Source of the DNA: Octopus bimaculoides
Lineage: Eukaryota
Reading direction: 5' to 3'
Assembly: GCF_001194135.2 (NCBI RefSeq)
Contig: NC_068986.1
Span: 111,459,560-111,523,559, forward strand
Length of the DNA: 64,000 nt
The notes beneath the pieces were generated by a model. It had not been told where the DNA came from. It did not search any database and worked only from the letters and a program-made list of their open reading frames with translations. The translations under genes and the position numbers were made by a program. This document shows, in pieces, positions 40,671-53,462 of the stretch. Positions within the stretch are counted from its first letter, which is position 1. Each line of letters starts with the position of its first letter.

Positions 40671-41402
40671 GCTGCATGTTCTACTTTCTTTGCATTTGTA
40701 CAAGTTGATTCCAAGTCTCACTCAGAGACCTCAAGAGACAACAAGTTAGAAGTTCAAGTTGGTGTTATGCCTAGGCTGTCATATATTTGGTTTTGCACAA
40801 AGTATTGTTCTAGAGAATGTTTAAGAAAATATTAAACAATTCTAAGTTTGTTTAAAACTTTGAGATTGCATTGATGGTATTTTACGTAGGATATGGGCGG
40901 TTTCTATGAGCGCTATCTTTTGAATTTCTGGCATTTTGGTTCTTCCTGGTATCTGAGCTAGGTAGCAATCGGCTTGTTGTGCTAATATTCCCAGGGAACC
41001 TATGAGAAATGGTATTATTTTAGCTTTGAGGTTCCACATTTTGTCAATTTCTATTTCAAGATATTTTTACTTGCTCAGTTTTTGAGAGGTCTTGAAAGAT
41101 TATTTATGTCAATTGGGACAGTCATATCAATGAGGAAGCATGATTTTTGTCTGAAGTCCTCCAATATAATGTCTTGCCTATTCGCATCTATCTTTCTGTC
41201 AGTTTGAATAGTGAAGTCCCGGATGAGTGAGATGTGATCATTTTCAAACACTGGAGGTGGTTTGTGTCCCCGCCAGTTTTTTTTTTATCATGGAGCATTC
41301 CACGTTTTTTGCAAATCACGCAGTGAATATATATTGTCCTGCTCTACCATTCCAGTTGGGATACCCTGCATACGCAAGAAGTCTGTAGAGACAGTAGGCT
41401 CA
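40671..41402 (-). mobile_element. 5'-truncated R4/Dong-type element (RLE + 3'UTR) flanked by (TAA/CAA)n
   Basis: ORF 40842-41039 MWNLKAKIIPFLIGSLG...EIQKIALIETAHILRK. Upstream WDF...RPDI and IDMTVP-type motifs. Repeat tracts at 40481-40670 and 41406-41490. Confidence 0.85.
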
Positions 41403-41405
41403 AGA

Positions 41406-41460
<55 letters not shown>

Positions 41461-41516
41461 TTGTTATTATTATTATTATTATTATTATTAGTAGTAGTAG
41501 TAGTAGTAGTAGTAGT

Positions 41517-41547
<31 letters not shown>

Positions 41548-41669
41548 TTGTTATGATCCTCCTCATCATTATCATCACCATCATCGTTGTCGTCGTCGTC
41601 CTCCTCATAGTCATCCTTATCTTCATCATCACCATCATCGCCATCATCATCGCCATCATCATCGCCATC

Positions 41670-41718
<49 letters not shown>

Positions 41719-41725
41719 CCACCGA
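41406..41725. repeat. compound (TTA)n-(GTA)n-(GCA)n-(TCA)n microsatellite
   Basis: Read directly. Confidence 0.95.
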
Positions 41726-41734
41726 CATCAGAGT

Positions 41735-41950
41735 AAGGAGGAGAACTGGAAGAATGGTTAGCGTGCCACACGAAGGGCGTAGTGGCATTACGTTTGTCTT
41801 TGTGTTCTGAGTTCAAATTCCGTCGTTATCGATTTTAACGTCCATCTCTTCAGGGTCAGTATAATAAAACAAGTCAAATACTGGGTTCAACGTAGTCAAC
41901 TAGCTTCTTCCTCCCAAATTCCAGGCATTGGGCATAAATTAGAAATAACT
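41735..41950 (+). mobile_element. SINE family A copy
   Basis: GAACTGGAAGAATGGTTAGC...GTTCTGAGTTCAAATTCCGTCG...CAGGGTCAG...ATACTGGG. Confidence 0.7.
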
Positions 41951-42990
41951 ATTGTTGTTATAGCTGTTGTTCTTCTTGCTGTTCTCGTAGATATATTTTT
42001 ACCACAGGAGTTTTCTGTAAGATTTATGGAAAATTGATTTTTTTAAAAATTTCAATCGTATTTTCGTTTTATACATTCTCTCCGTTGGAAAAGCCCAACT
42101 ATCACTTCTCATGTCAGTGATTGCTTTTCTGTTGGACAACAAAACAGTTCATCTCCTTCAAGCTACACTATTTCATAAACTAAATATCTGTAATAGATAA
42201 TTACAAAAGAGGAGAGTCGTAGCCATATATGGTAATATTTTTTTCCTCTACATGTCACATGATATTATTGTTAAACTATCTTCCATTCCCCGCTGTTCTC
42301 ACCATGCTATTAATCAACATATATATCAATATGTGCGTGTATGTATTTATGTATAAATGTCTAAGTGTGTGTGTGTGTATATATATATCTATATATATAT
42401 ATATAAATATGCACATACATATTTTTATGTGTGTATATATATATATATATATATAGATATATATATATATATTTATGTATATACATATTACATATATATA
42501 TATATTTGTAATATATATATATATGTATATATATATGTATATATATATATATATNNNNNNNNNNNNNNNNNNNNNNNNNNNNNNNNNNNNNNNNNNNNNN
42601 NNNNNNNNNNNNNNNNNNNNNNNNNNNNNNNNNNNNNNNNNNNNNNNNNNNNNNNNNNNNNNNNNNNNNNNNNNNNNNNNNNNNNNNNNNNNNNNNNNNN
42701 NNNNNNNNNNNNNNNNNNNNNNNNNNNNNNNNNNNNNNNNNNNNNNNNNNNNNNNNNNNNNNNNNNNNNNNNNNNNNNNNNNNNNNNNNNNNNNNNNNNN
42801 NNNNNNNNNNNNNNNNNNNNNNNNNNNNNNNNNNNNNNNNNNNNNNNNNNNNNNNNNNNNNNNNNNNNNNNNNNNNNNNNNNNNNNNNNNNNNNNNNNNN
42901 NNNNNNNNNNNNNNNNNNNNNNNNNNNNNNNNNNNNNNNNNNNNNNNNNNNNNNNNNNNNNNNNNNNNNNNNNNNNNNNNNNNNNNNNNN

Positions 42991-43023
<33 letters not shown>

Positions 43024-43551
43024 CATGCGTGTATGTGTATATGAGTGTTCGTATGGACCTGCGCATGCGTGTGGAAGTACAAATGTATATATTTGCATAT
43101 TTTAGAGGAGGTGTGTATCCATTCAAACAGCAAAACTACATTAAGATTGTTCACATGCTCACACAATAATGTTCGCTTGGGGTTTTATACGTATATCGGT
43201 ATATGATATATAGACACGCATATACATACATAATTTACGTACGTGTGTGTGTATGTGTGTGTGTGTGTCTGTGTGCGCGCGTTGTTTCGTATTATATTGT
43301 ATATACATATACACACATCTGCATATTATTAAAACAAGATGTTGAATCATAAGATAACTTTATTCCTTTATCGCAATACTTAAGTTAAATTTAATTTAGC
43401 GTCTCAGGCTATTTTCACAAACATCTAATTTGCTGCAGTTTTACATTGTTTATATTTCATAAACATCATCGAAATGAACGGCAACAGGAGCAATGATAAG
43501 GACATCAAGAACAAAAATGAAAATAAGGATATTATTAAAAAAAAAAACGAC

Positions 43552-43554
43552 ACC

Positions 43555-43601
<47 letters not shown>

Positions 43602-43608
43602 CGACGAC

Positions 43609-43640
<32 letters not shown>

Positions 43641-43747
43641 CGATGAAGATGATGATGACGATGACGATTATAATTATGATGATAACGTTGACGATGATGA
43701 CGACGACGGCGCTGATGGTTAAGATGATGATGATTATGATGATGATG

Positions 43748-43796
<49 letters not shown>

Positions 43797-43840
43797 TAAT
43801 AATAATAATAATGATAATAATAATGATAATAATAATGATA

Positions 43841-43875
<35 letters not shown>

Positions 43876-43942
43876 AATAATAATGATGATAATGATAATA
43901 ATAATAATAATGATAATAATAATGATAATAATAATAATGATG

Positions 43943-43988
<46 letters not shown>

Positions 43989-43996
43989 TAATAATA

Positions 43997-44095
<99 letters not shown>
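43552..44095. repeat. long compound (GAT/GAC)n then (AAT/GAT)n tract
   Basis: Read directly; source of the poly-D/N/M/Y pseudo-ORFs. Confidence 0.97.
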
Positions 44096-44599
44096 GCGAA
44101 CTACCATATTAGCGTATCCATCCTCACCTCAGCTACCATTCTCGCTCCAATCATTCTACTCTTCATTATTACCCTCCCACCCCGCCGACCTTTTTCCAAC
44201 GATCGGTGGTCGTCACTACCGTCTTCTCTGTCATTAGAGACACGAAAATATTTCAGTAATCGTAGCCACCACCATTGCTAGCATCACATTTCTTATTATC
44301 TCCTCCTCCACCACCACAGCTACTACAACTACCAACAGTGCAACAACCAGGAATACCAACATCTTCATAGCCACCAGCACCGATATCTTCCCTCCTGTGT
44401 GACCACCATCGCTAACAATACATTCTACCACTATTCACAACACCAGTATTAATCCCCGCATTCCACAATCACAACATACTTACTCACTACTATCATCATT
44501 GTTATTGTTTTCGATGTTGTTGTTGTTGTTCTTGTTGTTGTTGCTGTTGCTGTTGTTGTTGCAGTTGTTAGTGGTGGTCTGTTGTCGAAGCTTCCTATT

Positions 44600-44815
44600 A
44601 AGGCGATGAACTGGAACACTTGGTTGCACAAATACAAAGGATTAGCAGCATGCCACCGCCCGTCCTCAGGTTCTGCGTTTAAATTCCGCCGAAGTAGCAC
44701 TTTCATTCTTTCGCGGTCGATAAAGTTAGTACCACTTTAAAAAAAAGTATCAGTTGAAAAGTAGGATCGATGTAATCGAGTATCCGCCTAACTCAAAATT
44801 TGAAGCCTCGCACTT
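44600..44815 (+). mobile_element. SINE family A copy (degenerate)
   Basis: AAGGCGATGAACTGG...GTTCTGCGTTTAAATTCCGCCGAAG...TTTCATTCTTTCGCGGTCGATAAA...GATCGATGTAATCGA. Confidence 0.65.
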
Positions 44816-44934
44816 TGGTCACATCGTAGAAATTACTAAAATAAATTATTATAATTGTGTTAGAAAGCAATGAATACCATCTAAATGACTCTAGGGTACA
44901 AACATACGAAGAACAATATATATATATATATATA

Positions 44935-45415
44935 TATCATGAATTCTCGTTTGATAAGGGTAAATCAGCCATCACAACCATGTGTCCACGACATCGTGAT
45001 CTTGTATCAAGATGAACAGCGCATCACCTTGCAGGTGGGGCCCATTTATAATTTTCTGCAGGCCGAGTAGCCCAGCCTGTTCAAAAGTTACTTGAATAAG
45101 GGTTTATATGGATGTTCAACAAAGCACCCATGTTCCCAGAGGTGCATTATCCAAACCTCAAAGAATTCCACTTAATACATTGTTATGATGCTGCCCCACT
45201 ATTTTTGCTCGTAATCAGAGACGCGCATACCGTCAACCACTCAGGAACATGCTCAAGTGGTTAAGGTCACACAACTGAGGAGCAAATCTGAGGTATTGAG
45301 CAGAATATTTGCTGTAGCCCATCCTTTATACCACGACAAATCAATGTAAATGATAACACGATAACACTTCTAATCAGTCAAGATCAGAAGCCACGGGAGC
45401 CAGTGTCTGGTACTG
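44935..45415. mobile_element. probable interspersed repeat (class unassigned)
   Basis: Higher-GC block recognised from memory as an abundant octopus repeat. No second copy in the window. Contains a small tandem duplication GATAACAC x2 at about 45351-45367. Confidence 0.4.
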
Positions 45416-45417
45416 CT

Positions 45418-45618
45418 AAGGCGGCGAGCTCGCAGAATTGTTAGGACTTCGGGCGAAATGTGTATCGTTATTTCGTCTGCCAAGATCGTCTTTGCCTTTC
45501 ATTATTTCGGAGTCAATGAATTAAGAACCAGTTGAATACTATGATCGATGTAATCGACTTAATTCCTGCGCCCACATTTCCAGGCATTGTGCCTATAGTA
45601 GAAAGGATTATTATTATT
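45418..45618 (+). mobile_element. SINE family A copy (first of a tandem pair, internal deletion)
   Basis: AAGGCGGCGAGCTCGCAGAATTGTTAG...GCCTTTCATTATTTCGGAGTCAAT...GATCGATGTAATCGAC, ending in (ATT)n. Confidence 0.85.
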
Positions 45619-45815
45619 AAAGTAGGTAGCGAGCTGGCAAAATCGTTAGCACGCTGGGCAAACTGTTTCTGGCCTTCCGTCCGTCCTTACGTTCCGAGTT
45701 CAATTTCCACCAAAGTTGAATTCGCCTTTCATCATTTCGGGATCGATAAATTAAGTGAAATACAGCACAGAAGTAATCGATGGATCTCTAACACTAAATT
45801 CCGGCCCTGTGCCTG
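45619..45815 (+). mobile_element. SINE family A copy (second of the tandem pair)
   Basis: GCGAGCTGGCAAAATCGTTAGCACGCTGGGC...ACGTTCCGAGTTCAATTTCC...GCCTTTCATCATTTCGGGATCGATAAA. Confidence 0.85.
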
Positions 45816-45819
45816 ATAC

Positions 45820-46850
45820 TATCATTTCAATTATTGAAGACATCGCACAGTATCAAATATTATATTGTAGATTGAAGATGTGTGTACCGGTGATTTGTCA
45901 GGTCAAAACAAGGACTTCAGACAGTACTTAACGCAGTATGAGTGCAGTTCCAAGTGAAGACGAGTTTTGAAATACATCAAGATTCTAGGGTTTTTCTAGG
46001 GTGTCGAGATGTTTCTTCAGGTTGGTTGGTATTGAACCCAGTATTTCGATGTCGACAGGGACAAACTTTATGTTTGACTCTCATAGTTTACACATCTTGG
46101 CGATCTCAATTCCCAGGTCTCCATTTTTATCAAAGTTTTCTCTTTCACCTGGCTCTGCCGCGTCAATTATTAGGCATCTTGTTTGTTCCTCCTAAAAGTT
46201 ACTATGTCCGGCTTTCGGTGTTCTAACACTTGGTCTGTTTGGAATTTAATGCCCCAGGTGAACTGTACCTTCCGTTTTCATCTATTAAATTTTCCGATGC
46301 ATGATAGTACCAAGCACCCGTTACCTCGTATCCAACCTTCCCGCAGAATAGTTAAGGAATGTTTTCGGCTACCTTGTGGTGTTTTCGATTGAACTCTTTC
46401 TGCGCACGACTTTCACAAGCACAAAGAATGTGAGTCACGCAACAACCATCTTGTAACACATTCTGCAGACTTTGTTGCACTGATGTGGTATTTATCACTT
46501 TTTATGGATTTGGTTTTTAATGCCTGCTCCTGAGCACTGATGATTAGGCTTCTTCTTTTGAATGTAATATTTACTGAGCCACCTCCATCATGTTTCCTAA
46601 TCTGTCAACATTGTTAGTTTAACGGTGGAACTAAACATATAATTCCATGCGGACGGAGTTTCTTCTCTCTCGTTGGCTATTTGGGATCGGAATTCATTAA
46701 CACCCTCATTGTTGGTAAATCTTTCTGCATTATCTGCACACCGAAGCAGGCCTTGTTTGCTGTTTATCAAGTACTTTGTCATGTTTCTTTTTGCCCTGTC
46801 AATGTATTCCGTACCCTAATTAGGCCACACCCATCTTATACCTCATCATG
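45820..46850 (-). mobile_element. 5'-truncated R4/Dong-type element (post-RT, zinc knuckle, RLE, 3'UTR), decayed
   Basis: The minus strand gives IISAQEQALKTKSIK, VTHILCAC, WYYHA, FQTDQVLEHRKPDIV, CLIIDAA and LGTALILR motifs. Confidence 0.8.
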
Positions 46851-46958
46851 AATAGCCTCTGTACGTTCGTTTTATGGTGGATGGCATCAAGCACAGATGG
46901 TAATCTAAGTGTCTGCTAAATAACCCTCCCTCCATCCATTCATTCGTCCATTCATCCT

Positions 46959-47004
<46 letters not shown>

Positions 47005-47321
47005 GCTACTACCACCACCACCACCACTACACAGATGTGTCAGAAATGCCAGCAATTCATAGTCACTTTACTACGATTACAGAAGGTAGTTTAAAGACAA
47101 AGGCATGAACTACAAAACTCTGCATCTGTCTTGTGGAAAATAACACACAGTGAAGTTGGTGTCTCTACGCTTCGTCCTGAATCAATTTAAAGTTGTATTC
47201 GGTGACTCTTTACCTGAACGTCTCAACTAAACAGGCTCGGGAAGCAAAACCTGTAGAAAATCATCACTCAAGTTCGTTGCAATGATAACTAATTATTTCT
47301 GCTGTAGTAGCAGTTAATATC

Positions 47322-47500
47322 AAGGCAGCAATGAGGCAGAATTGTTAACAAGCCGGGTGTAATGTTTAGCGCTGATTCGTCTCTCTACACGGTTTGAGTT
47401 CAAATTCTGTCGTAATCGATTTTTGCATTTCATCCTTTCAGGATCGATAAAATACGAAGCAGTTGAATAACCTTCCTCTAAATCTGCTGGTTTAGAAGAT
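47322..47500 (+). mobile_element. SINE family A copy
   Basis: AAGGCAGC...GGCAGAATTGTTAAC...GAGTTCAAATTCTGTCG...TTTCATCCTTTCAGGATCGATAAAA. Confidence 0.75.
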
Positions 47501-47568
47501 GGGTGTTGCTAAAGTGTTATACTCTTATTATTATTGCTGTTGTTGTTATTATAGGAACAGTAATTAGC

Positions 47569-47700
47569 AAGGCGACAATATAGCAGAAGGTTTAGTTAGC
47601 ACGCCGAGCAAAATGCTTAGCGCATTGTGAGTTCAAGTACTACCGGCGGTCGACCTTGCCTTTAATCTTTTCGGTGTTGATAAAAATGAGGAGCATTTCA
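47569..47700 (+). mobile_element. SINE family A copy (internally deleted)
   Basis: GTTAGCACGCCGAGCAAAATGCTTAGCG...GAGTTCAA...GGTCGACCTTGCCTTTAATCTTTTCGGTGTTGATAAAA. Confidence 0.7.
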
Positions 47701-48413
47701 GCATTGAGATTGATGTTGTCTAACTGAAACACGGGGACAGCAGCACTTGTATCGTAGTTAATTTTATCGATCGTTGAAACATATACATCAGACTTAACGG
47801 CAGCATTATCTGAACCCAGGAAACACCGGGTTACAAGTCCAGTGACAAGAGCTAGTTTGGAAAATGTTTGGCTCTGTTTTATAGTGCTAGATGAGGCCTC
47901 AAGTGTGAACAAATGCACTCCAACAAGGAGCATCGATTATTCGGAAGGATTTAAGTAAAGTGGTGCAATACCTTTCCTTTCATATCATAAACTAAGAAAG
48001 CTTTCACTCCCATCTACGTCGCGCAAACACATACTCGTTTCAAACTTCGGCCAGCCATATTATATATCTCTCCGCTGTATTTGCCTTCGAATTACATCCA
48101 TATACCAATTTCCATGGGCCGATTGTATAAGTAGGTAAACGTTGAAAATGTATTCATCTAAACACTTTTTCTTGACGCAAAGAGAATCTAATTGTACATC
48201 ATGGATTCTTTCTTGTTAGACATACTGAATAATTTCATTTTAAAAGAATACGAATATCGTTTTATTATACTGTAACATCTACTTTGCTTTAATCGATGTA
48301 TTTGCAAAGTTTGAACTGGCAATTCTGTACTTGTTACTGTCCAATGTAGGCATATTTATTTCTACTACTATGGCACGTACAGAAGTATGCATCTATCAAC
48401 ACACACAGACATA

Positions 48414-48453
<40 letters not shown>

Positions 48454-48454
48454 A

Positions 48455-48495
<41 letters not shown>

Positions 48496-48574
48496 ACACA
48501 AACAAGCAACAAACACACACACACAAACAAACAACACACACACACACGCACATACACACGCACGTACACACACT

Positions 48575-48620
<46 letters not shown>

Positions 48621-49731
48621 TATATATACTTATGTGAATATGCACATTTGTTTGTGTGTGTTCTGTGTGTATGTGCATATGTTTACATGCATACAGACAT
48701 TTGTGCGCATGTTTCTGTTTCTATGTACTAACTATATTGACTGTTGTAGGATTTTATGGCTTCAACATATTTTTTTATTACTCTATGGGATTCTATTTTT
48801 GCTGCCCATCTACAGTATTGGTTGTTAATATTCTAGAACAACGCTCAGTTTGCGCTCAGTTAAGGACTCATACCTGTTAGCACTTTCTGACTACAAACAT
48901 ATCCATAAGTAAATGGCCTAGTCGTTATTTTTACAACTTTTATTGAAATGGAGGCTAGTTTTAAAGTGAAACTAATAATATAATGATTTCTTAGTTTTTC
49001 AGAAACTATAGAACATATCACCAAATATATATTGCTACCAAAAGTCTGAGCATGCGATATTTGGCCTTCTGTTGATGAACATGGATTACTTATTCTTTGA
49101 ATCGAGGGATTCCTAAAAGCGGCGGTCGAAAGACTTAGCATATTTGCTCTAAGTTGAAGTTGTATTTGCATTACTTCCAAGAAAATCAAGTAGCATTGAA
49201 ATTTTCTAGGGGTCATATTCCATTGCCATGCATCTCCAAAATGTTTACATAGCTTATATTACATAATTTATTTTTGTTAGAACATGACGTGAACAAATTC
49301 CTAATGCACCATCTCCTTTCCTGATCTAGATACAGTGGAAGTTGTTTTCAGTATCGGAAATAGTCAGCAACAATTTTACTGACGACCACTTACACTATAT
49401 ATAATAACCCGTGCTTGAAAACGTTCAGAACTGAAAACGCTTGCACATCTATAAAAGAAAAGCCTACACACATCTTGTGAAATCTCTTCCCAAAGGGTAG
49501 TGTCTTTCGACATTCTATAAAGGTTCTTTAACCTTCTCAATCTTAACTCTTTGAGAAAAAATCATCTCTCCGAATATTGTAACTGTATCAAGGAATTTCC
49601 AAAACAATGTATATATTTATACAGAGGCAGTGACACAGACAGACAGACAGATAGATAATTACAGTTTTATAGATATCAATATATTTATGTAAATATATAT
49701 ATATACATACATACACACACACACACACACG

Positions 49732-49764
<33 letters not shown>

Positions 49765-49770
49765 TGTAAG

Positions 49771-49822
<52 letters not shown>

Positions 49823-50726
49823 GTATATACATATACATATATATTATATATCACATATCTATACACACACACACACACGCACACACATACATGTACTCAT
49901 GCAAATGTGTGTGTGTATGTGTGTGCGTGTGTATTTGTGTATGTGCTGTTTGTGTATTACTCTAAATTTGCCTGTCCCACATTTTATTTTGAGAGAATAT
50001 AATTCTTTATAGAAACTCAAACATTAATCTAAATAAAATAAAATTACCGAAGATTTACGGCAGTATAAACACTATTTGATAACTATAAACTCTATAAATC
50101 TCTATTTATTGGTTCCCCTTCCACCAAGCTATTTTTCTGCTACACCAGCAGCTAATATTGCTTCAGGTTCGATGAAAGCCATATTGATATATAGAAACAT
50201 CATATTATGTTGTTATATTACTGGGCACAAAATCAGAATTTTAGTTATCCACATTAGCTCCAGTAGGTATTTTAGCATAGACAAAATAAAACATAAGAAC
50301 TCGGATTAAAGAATATGTTGTAGTAGAAAATATATAGAGAGATATTTAGTTATGATTAAATGGAGAGCCAAACCTCCATGTATTACATTATTGTTCACTT
50401 ACCACCATATGGCGTAGATGATAGGGTTAGTCATGTATCTAAAGTTTTACATAAAATCAAGACTGCCCTTCGCAGACAGCAAGGGAAGACTTTGCATATA
50501 CTTAATTTTTATTGAGTTTTAACTCCTATCTAAAGCAATAAATAATAAAAAAAAAACGTAGTATTTAATTAAAGAAAAGCCAAGAAACTAAGAAAAGACG
50601 CAATGCAAGAGAGGCAGGTCACTTTCTAACAGCTTTCTAGATTTGGGAATAGAATAGTTTATCAGAAATCTTCGAGTTACTTATGAGAGAATCCAAATGA
50701 TGGAAGTTATGAAAAACGTTTAAAGA

Positions 50727-50880
50727 CATAGGAAGCATGGCTGTGTGACTCAGCATCTCCCTTTGCAAACGCCTAGTTTCGGGTTCAATCTCACTGCACA
50801 ACACCTTGCACAAGTGTTTTTATTATTGTTCTGGGCCACAGATTGTGAAAACCCTTCGTATATGCGTGTGTGTATCGATA
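50727..50880 (+). mobile_element. tRNA-derived SINE family B, 5' half (degenerate)
   Basis: ATGGCTGTGTG...TTTCGGGTTCAATCTCACTGCACAACACCTTGCACAAGTGT: A/B-box-like head followed by a conserved-type core, then AT/GT repeat. Confidence 0.55.
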
Positions 50881-50886
50881 CATATA

Positions 50887-51960
50887 CAGGGGTTGGACAA
50901 AATAATGGAAACACCTGCAAAATTTGAAACAAATTAATTTTACTATGGGGTAGAGCCACCTTTGGCAATAATTACAGCTTGAATTTTACGATGCATGGAC
51001 TCGTACGAAGTTTTAATTTTTTCCGAAGGTATTTTTATCCATTCTTCAGCTAAAACAGTTTCCAGTTCTTGTAGTAATGGTGGTGGAGGATATTGTCTCC
51101 TTACTTGGTTTTCTAAAATGCACCATAAATGTTCAATAATATTATGATCAGGTGACTGTTGTGGCCAGATAAGATGATCAACTTCACTAGAATGTTCCTC
51201 GTGCCATTTAGTAACAAATTTGGCTGAGTCAATTGGTGCATTATCGTCCTGAAAGATTGTGTTTCCCTCCGGAAACAGTTCCGCAACCACAGGATGAATT
51301 TCATCAGATAAAATGCTTAAATAGTCCCGACAATTGATTCTGTTAGGAAGGGAAACCATTTGGCCGGCGGATTTCCAAGATATAGCACCCTCCCCCCGAC
51401 CATCACAGATCTTTATCCACGTTTAACAGTTGGAAGCAGGCAATCTGTGTCTCCACACGTATACTCATCCGGTGGTCGGAAACAGGGTAAATGATGACTC
51501 ATCCGAGAAAATAAAATTCTTCCACTGTTTTAGGGACTAATTGTATAGGTTTTTACTCCACGTCTAAAGGCTTTGCAACGTTTGTTTTTGAAAGAAGTAA
51601 TTTTCTGATTGCAGCCCTGCCGTAAAATCCGTCTTTGTGCACCTACTGAGGAACATTTTTTGTGGAAACTAGTCTCTCAAGGAAGTTTTTAAGCTCTGCA
51701 GTAATTTTGGGAGTTGTACTTTTGTGATCCTTTCTAACAATTCGCGTAAGAGTCCGACGGTCCCTATCTGAAATTGTTGGTTTTCTTCCGGAGTTTTATT
51801 TCGACGAGGAGGTTTTTCTCCTCTTTCTCAAAGGATGTCATTACTTTCGAGACAGTACTTCTTAATACACAAAATATTTCGGCCGTTTTGCTAGCATTAG
51901 TGCCATGTGAGCACTAACAGTCTGATCTGTTTGAAAGCCCAATTGATCTGTAATTTTAAT
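50887..51960 (-). mobile_element. Tc1-type DNA transposon relic (transposase pseudogene, DD36E spacing; one TIR clear)
   Basis: TA followed by the TIR-like CAGGGGTTGGACAAAATAATGGAAACACC at 50887. ORF 50943-51359 has FQDDNAP...WPQQSPDHNIIEHLW. FSDESSF lies at about 51490-51510 and an HTH region (NSGRKPKISDRDRRTL) at about 51740-51950. Frameshifts are present and the opposite TIR is not recognisable. Confidence 0.92.
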
Positions 51961-52573
51961 GAATTTTAATTACGTTTTCTGATGACATTTGAAAAGAAAT
52001 AGCAATTTTAGCAAACCATATTAAGCAACACTAATAATAAACCAAAAACGTAAAAATAAACAAGGTCTTGGTGGTTTGATAGATTTTTCAATTAAATGCT
52101 TCCTTTTGATATCATATTGCGTATAGTCGCCTTCGTTATATATATATAATATTTAATATTTAATTAGTTAATATTTAGATATTTAATAAGCATTTAATAT
52201 TTAATTCGAGGGTATATTAACCGCATGATGGGATTGGTGCATCCAAGGAAATACTTGTTCAATACCTAGTATTTTGCGGGGAGGGAAATTCCCTTAAAAT
52301 AATAGTTATATATGAAGCATATTGGTTACATTGATTTAAAAGAAGAAAAGAAAATAGAGATTAATAAGTTAATAATTGTTTATTATCAACAAGAAATTGG
52401 AAATCTTTGCTTTCTTACAGCTGTTTCAATTAATAATCAACAATTCTATTAAAAATTTGTACAGTAAAATTAAATTGATGTGACATGGCTATAATTTCAT
52501 CAGAGGAAAATGTTGTACGTTTGGATGTTTTATGCAGGTCTTTCAATTCATTTCAGCAGTCTGAGTCATACAT

Positions 52574-52622
<49 letters not shown>

Positions 52623-52723
52623 ATCACAATATTATAGTATCGACCAGATTATCTGTTATATACTACTCGTCCTGATGACGCGCTTTCAAGTCTGATTTGA
52701 CTGCGACATTCGTNNNNNNNNNN

Positions 52724-52754
<31 letters not shown>

Positions 52755-53254
52755 CTTGGAGCAAATTTTATAACTACTCTCACCAACGATCGCCAATGGA
52801 TTCATTAACACCCTAACCATCGGCTTTTATTTTTTAAATATTGTGTCTGCTGGAAAATGGCCAGCATCCGCTTGGAGATAATTAGTAAAGTGAATGCAAA
52901 TATATTTAATGTGAGAAAAGTAATTAAAAAGTATTAGTCATAATATTCAATAGAATTTAGGTACATCAACACGCGGAAACCCAGAAATGGCTAAGTACAA
53001 TAACGTAGTCATGGCAATCAGATGAAACAACTATGACGGTATCAAGACATCAGGTTTTAATAGGATACTGTAGATATGCAATTTAAGCAGGAGATCCCAC
53101 ACAACGCTGGTTATGAGTGGTATAAAATAGAAACCCATGTGGGAATAAAATTTAAAACCCATTTGTGTTCTCATATATATACAGAATATGTATATGATAT
53201 ATGATATACTATATACAATAAGAAATGAGTTGAAATAATTGTCATATATATATA

Positions 53255-53462
53255 ATGTTTGTGTGTCCGTGTTTATCACCCAAATATCGATTGACACCCG
53301 ATGCTGGTGTGTTTATGTCCCCGTAACGTAGCGGTTCGGCACAATACACCACCAGCAGAATAAGTACTAGGCTTACAAAGAATAAGTCCTGGGGTCGATT
53401 TGTTCGACTAAAGGTAGTGTTCCAACATGGCTGTAGTCAAATGACTAAAACGAATAAAAGAA
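53255..53462 (+). mobile_element. SINE family B, 3' half
   Basis: CGATGCTGGTGTGTTTATGTCCCCGTAACGTAGCGGTTCGGC...GAATAAGTACTAGGCTTACAAAGAATAAGTCCTGGGGTCGATTTGTTCGACTAAAGG..., recognised as the tail of an abundant octopus SINE. It shares the AAGTAC...CTGGGGTCGAT block with family A. Confidence 0.65.

Noticed and set aside
41262-44281. Poly-D/N/I/M/Y/H ORFs of 120-190 aa
   Set aside because: They are translations of trinucleotide microsatellites, open in several frames and on both strands, with no splice or domain context.
48860-49216. 118-aa ORF with a GPCR helix-8-like stretch (NIYLVICSIVSEKLR)
   Set aside because: There are no preceding transmembrane segments or splice support; it is consistent with a chance ORF.
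52085-52125. Candidate right TIR of the Tc1 relic (TGCTTCCTTTTG...)
   Set aside because: The match to the reverse complement of the left TIR is too poor to call.
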